Assembly (NCBI RefSeq): GCF_004010195.1 | Contig: NC_057720.1 | Coordinates: 14,526,975-14,580,984, forward strand | Length of the DNA stretch: 54,010 bases | Reading direction: 5' to 3' | Origin: Chiloscyllium plagiosum | Taxonomy: Eukaryota | Shown here: positions 50,281-54,010 of the stretch, piece after piece | How positions within the stretch are numbered: the first letter of the stretch is position 1 | Layout of the letters: every line of letters begins with the position of its first letter | Notes under the pieces: model-generated | The model's input: the letters and a program-made list of their open reading frames with translations, nothing else | Database searches by the model: none | Told to the model about the DNA's origin: nothing | Program-made: the position numbers and the translations under genes

Positions 50281-51615
50281 TAATTTAAAGTTTTTTTTTG
50301 AGAAGAATGAAGTGGAGAGGCAGTGGAGCCCTGAAAGTTTTCATTTTGATGGAGATGTGATGTAAAAGAAGGGGAACCTGCTGTACGTATTCATACATTT
50401 TTTGAAGGTGGCAAGGCAAGTTAATAAAGCAGTTAAAATATGTGTTAATATTATTTGTAAATAATAGCATTGGACACAAACAAGGAAGTCATGCTAAACC
50501 TTGGCGGATCACTGGTTAGGGCTCAGTGTACAATTATACACACCACACTTTTTTGTGAATAACGAGGTCTGAGAGAGGGTGCAGAGGGTTAAGGGCTGCT
50601 GGAATTGCAGTCTTAAAGATTTATTATAGTTTTATTTCAAAAGTTATTAAAAATATATTTGGATAGATACATCAATAAGAAAGGTTTAGAGGGATTATGG
50701 AGCAGGCAGGTAGGACTAGTTTAGTTTGGGTTTATGTTCGGCAGGAACTGGTTGGACCGAAAGGTCTTTTTCTGTACTGTATGACTCCATGATTCTCTGA
50801 CTTCAGTTATGTACAGAAGTGATTGCAAAAGTGATTGCCTTCTTGGAACAGTGGAGTATAAAGTAGTGCCCAAATAATAGTATTTAAAGCTGAGGGAGTT
50901 TTATAGTGCAAATGGAAAAAGTTGTTTCCTCGGGCAAATGGATCCGTAATTAGGTCACACAGGCTTAAAATTATTGGGGCCGAGAGGCAGATTATAATAT
51001 GCCTTTAAAATAATCTGAAATTGATTGGAATCTGGTGGCGAAAGGTACTTCGAAAAGCTATTAAGCATGTAATTGAGAGAACTATTGTGTAGGGTTATGG
51101 GAGAAAAACTGGGATATGATATTTAATTGGTCAGCTCTTTCAAGGTCAGGAGAGATGAGATGGGTTGAATAGCCACTTTATTGCCATATTATGATTCTAA
51201 TCCCCTCTTGATTCCTATAGTTTTCCCAGCTCTCTAAGATTCCAACCAAAACAATCTGTTCACGAATGGTGCTGTAGGACCTCTTTTAAATTATCTGACC
51301 AGAGTAAGCAGATAAGGCTTGAGTTTTAATATTTCATTGGAAGGAGCTAGTTAGTGATGTAGCGTTCCCTCCGTACTGCGCATAAATTCTAACTAGCAAG
51401 TAAACTTTTTTAAGTGTTGGTAATGAAATTGATTGTCTCATTTATAGGGTCGGATAGTATTGAGGAACTACAAAGGGGGAAAAATACTGTGGCAGTAGTC
51501 AAGCTGTGGGCCAGCATAAATCAGGAAATAGAAAAAGCATGTAAGAATGATGCTACTACAGTAATCTTGGGCAATGTAAATATGCAGTGGAATGTAAAAA
51601 TCAGACTGATATTAT

Positions 51616-52167
51616 TGTGCAGTCCTAAAGTTGTTCCTTTTCCCTATCCCCGTATCAGTCAAAGCAAACACTCAAACGCAGTATGGGTTTACCTCCTTCA
51701 TCTTTATTCCGAGCCCTGGAGGGAGAAAGAACAATCACCCATGTGCACAGAGACATGAGTTCTTGGTCTTCTCTCGAATAGCAGTTTTTTGATGAAGTTT
51801 ATATAATCACTTTTAGAGGGAGGAGCATCTAGATAAGGCAGCATACGTATTGAGTGACCGTTACAATCAGTGAGAATCAATAGCGAAGACCAAGCCCTTT
51901 ACTGTTGTACAATGAATGTTCTTAACCTTGTTAACTGGATTCATACATTAGATACTTTTTCCCCTTGTTACCTGACCTTGCATACTGAATGTTTCAAATA
52001 TTGTTAAATGGCTCTACATAATGAATGCTTTTCCACCTTGTTAACCCATTACCCTTTCCTCCAGCACTCCGTTGTTAACTGTAAGTTCTTATCTGAGTCA
52101 TACTCAACTGAACATCTTGTTTCGCAAAACTCAGAACTTTTTCCCTACCTGTTTATACCCTACACAC
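51616..52167 (-). mobile_element. Probable solo LTR, copy 2
   Basis: Homologous to 40010-40563. Confidence 0.55.
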
Positions 52168-52377
52168 ATTCCTAGCAGCAGAGCTCAAGAAAAGGAATTT
52201 TTAAGACATCCATGAGATGTTTATTTTTGGATGCAGCTTGTGGTAGAGGTCACTCGGGAACAGGCAATTCTGGATTTGATTAAGTGCAATGAAGCAGACT
52301 TGATTTGGGGATCTTCAGGTGAAAGACCCCTTGGGAGCAATGACCACAATATACAGAATTCAATGTATAATTTCAGT

Positions 52378-52522
52378 TACATCACACTGTAAATTTTTGC
52401 TCTAAATTCTGTTAGGATTGAGCCTTCCACTGCCACCTGATGAAGGAGCGACACTCCGAAAACTAGTGTGCTTCTAATTAAACCTGTTGGCCTATAACCT
52501 GGTGTTGTGTGATTTTGAACTT
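52378..52522 (+). mobile_element. Family B Penelope-derived element with hammerhead motif
   Basis: CAC-CTGATGA-A-GGAGCGACACTCC-GAAA-ACTA-GTG at 52434-52468. Confidence 0.75.
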
Positions 52523-53667
52523 GGAATTCTCCCTGTAGTTTGATAGGGAGGAGCTGGAATTGGATGTAATTGCATTACAAATAGTAGAGGTAACTATTGA
52601 GAAGACAGTGAAGCTACAATGGTAGGAGTTTCTGGGATTAATTTGAGAGGCAGAGCAGAAATTTTTATCAGGAAACAAGGATGAGGCAACCATGGCTGAC
52701 CAGGAAAGTCAGGGACAGTATAAAAGTAAGAGGAAAAAAACAGCTTGGTGAGGATTAGTGGATTGGGAAGCCTTTTTAAAAACCAGCAGAAGATAAAAAA
52801 GTAATGTAACTAATTAATAAAGGAAGTGAGCTAGTAATATAAAGTTTGTTTTTTAGACGTAAGGGCGAGGCAAGACTGGAAATTGGACCACTGAAAGATG
52901 AAGCTGCAGAAGTAGTAATGGGGAACAAAGAAATGGTGGAGGAGCTGCCTGGGTACTTCGCGTCAGTCTTTATAGTGGAAGACACCAGCATAGCAGAAAT
53001 TCAAGAGAATAAGGGAGAGGTAAGAACAAGGTGCTACTCAACCTGTCACGTCTAAAAGTAGATAAATCACCTGGACCAGGGCAACTACACCCCGCATTTC
53101 CGAAAGAGTTAGGTTAGGAGATTTCCGAGTCAGTTGTGATCTTTTGGGACTCGATGGAGCCAAGGGAGGGTCTCGGAGAAGCAGAAAATAGCTAACATAG
53201 CACTCCTGTTTAAAAAGGGAGGCAGAAACTATTCTTTGATCTTTTGTAAGATTTGTACATTATGTATGAGACTGTGGAGTGCATGGTAAAGTAGGGCTGA
53301 GTCAGCACAGCTTCGTCAAGGGAAGGTCATGCTTGACAAATCTATTATAATTACTTGAGGTAGCGAGCACCGGAGAGCCAGTGGACGTGACGTGTTTGGA
53401 TTTCAAGAAGGCCTTTGACAAGGTGCCACACAAGAGGCAGTGAAATAAAATAAGAGCCTATGGTATTGGTGGCAATGTACTGTCGTGCGTAGATAATTGG
53501 CTGACTGGCAGAAGGCAGAGAAGTAGGATAAAGGAATGGTTTTCAGGATGGCAGCCAGCGACTAGTGAAGTTCTGCAGAAGTCAGTATTGGGACCACAAC
53601 TATTCATGTTATGTATTAACCATGTCGATGAAGGAACTGAGAGAGTTTCTGCTTAGTATGTAGATTT

Positions 53668-54010
53668 AACTCAGTATGTAGATTGTCCGACCAGAGGGGA
53701 GGCCATATTGGATTTGGTACTTGGTAACGAACCGGGACAAGTGATGGGCTTGTTAGTGGGTGAACATTTTGGTGATTGTGACCACAATTCTGTGACTTTC
53801 ATCTTGGTTATGGAGAGAGATAGGTGCGTGCAACAGGGTAGGTTTTACAATTGGGGGAAGGGTAAATACGATGCTGTAAGACAAGATCTGAGGAGCATAA
53901 GTTGGGAGCATAGGCTGTCAGGGAAGGATGTCGTGGGAATGTGGAACTTTTTCAAGGAGCAGATATGACGTGTCCTTGATATGTATGTACCTGTCAGGCA
54001 GGAAAGAGAT
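53668..54010 (+). mobile_element. Young CR1, endonuclease C-terminal region, runs off the window
   Basis: DLVLGNEPGQVMGLLVGEHFGDCDHNSVTF..WNFFKEQI (53708-53968). Confidence 0.9.

Larger units (their letters stand above)
51430..53640 (+). mobile_element. Decayed CR1 with nested LTR-like and Penelope-derived insertions
   Basis: INQEIEKAC..VILG; IGPLKDEAAEVVMGNKEMVEELPGYFASVF; RT motifs GATTTCAAGAAGGCCTTTGACAAGGTGCCACAC. Confidence 0.8.

Overview
Eukaryotic, repeat-rich vertebrate genomic DNA, almost certainly from a shark (HE1-type V-SINEs, abundant CR1/HER1-type LINEs). None of the six-frame ORFs is an intact long gene; nearly all recognisable ones are decayed retroelement pieces (L1 ORF1, Gypsy gag/RT, Penelope RT and GIY-YIG, RTE, many CR1 EN/RT). 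The only clear host-gene signal is a GC/CpG-rich promoter with a short first exon on the + strand (about 20700-20972, YY1-type AAGATGGCGGC, donor CAG|GTAAAG), plus a candidate in-frame second exon at 33046-33121. I cannot name the gene. The most interesting structure is a set of about 14 short Penelope-derived elements from at least four sequence families. Each carries a minimal type I hammerhead-ribozyme core (CUGANGA-[extra nt]-stem II-GAAA-palindromic mini stem III-NUH). Many are fold-back palindromes flanked by 9-17 bp direct repeats, and several begin or invert just 5' of the ribozyme core. Hammerheads in Penelope-like elements are an established phenomenon; their density, family diversity and palindromic architecture here are what merit follow-up. 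I also see two apparent templated insertions copied from about 1.3 kb away and a micro-inversion. Coordinates were read by eye, and repeat boundaries are approximate.
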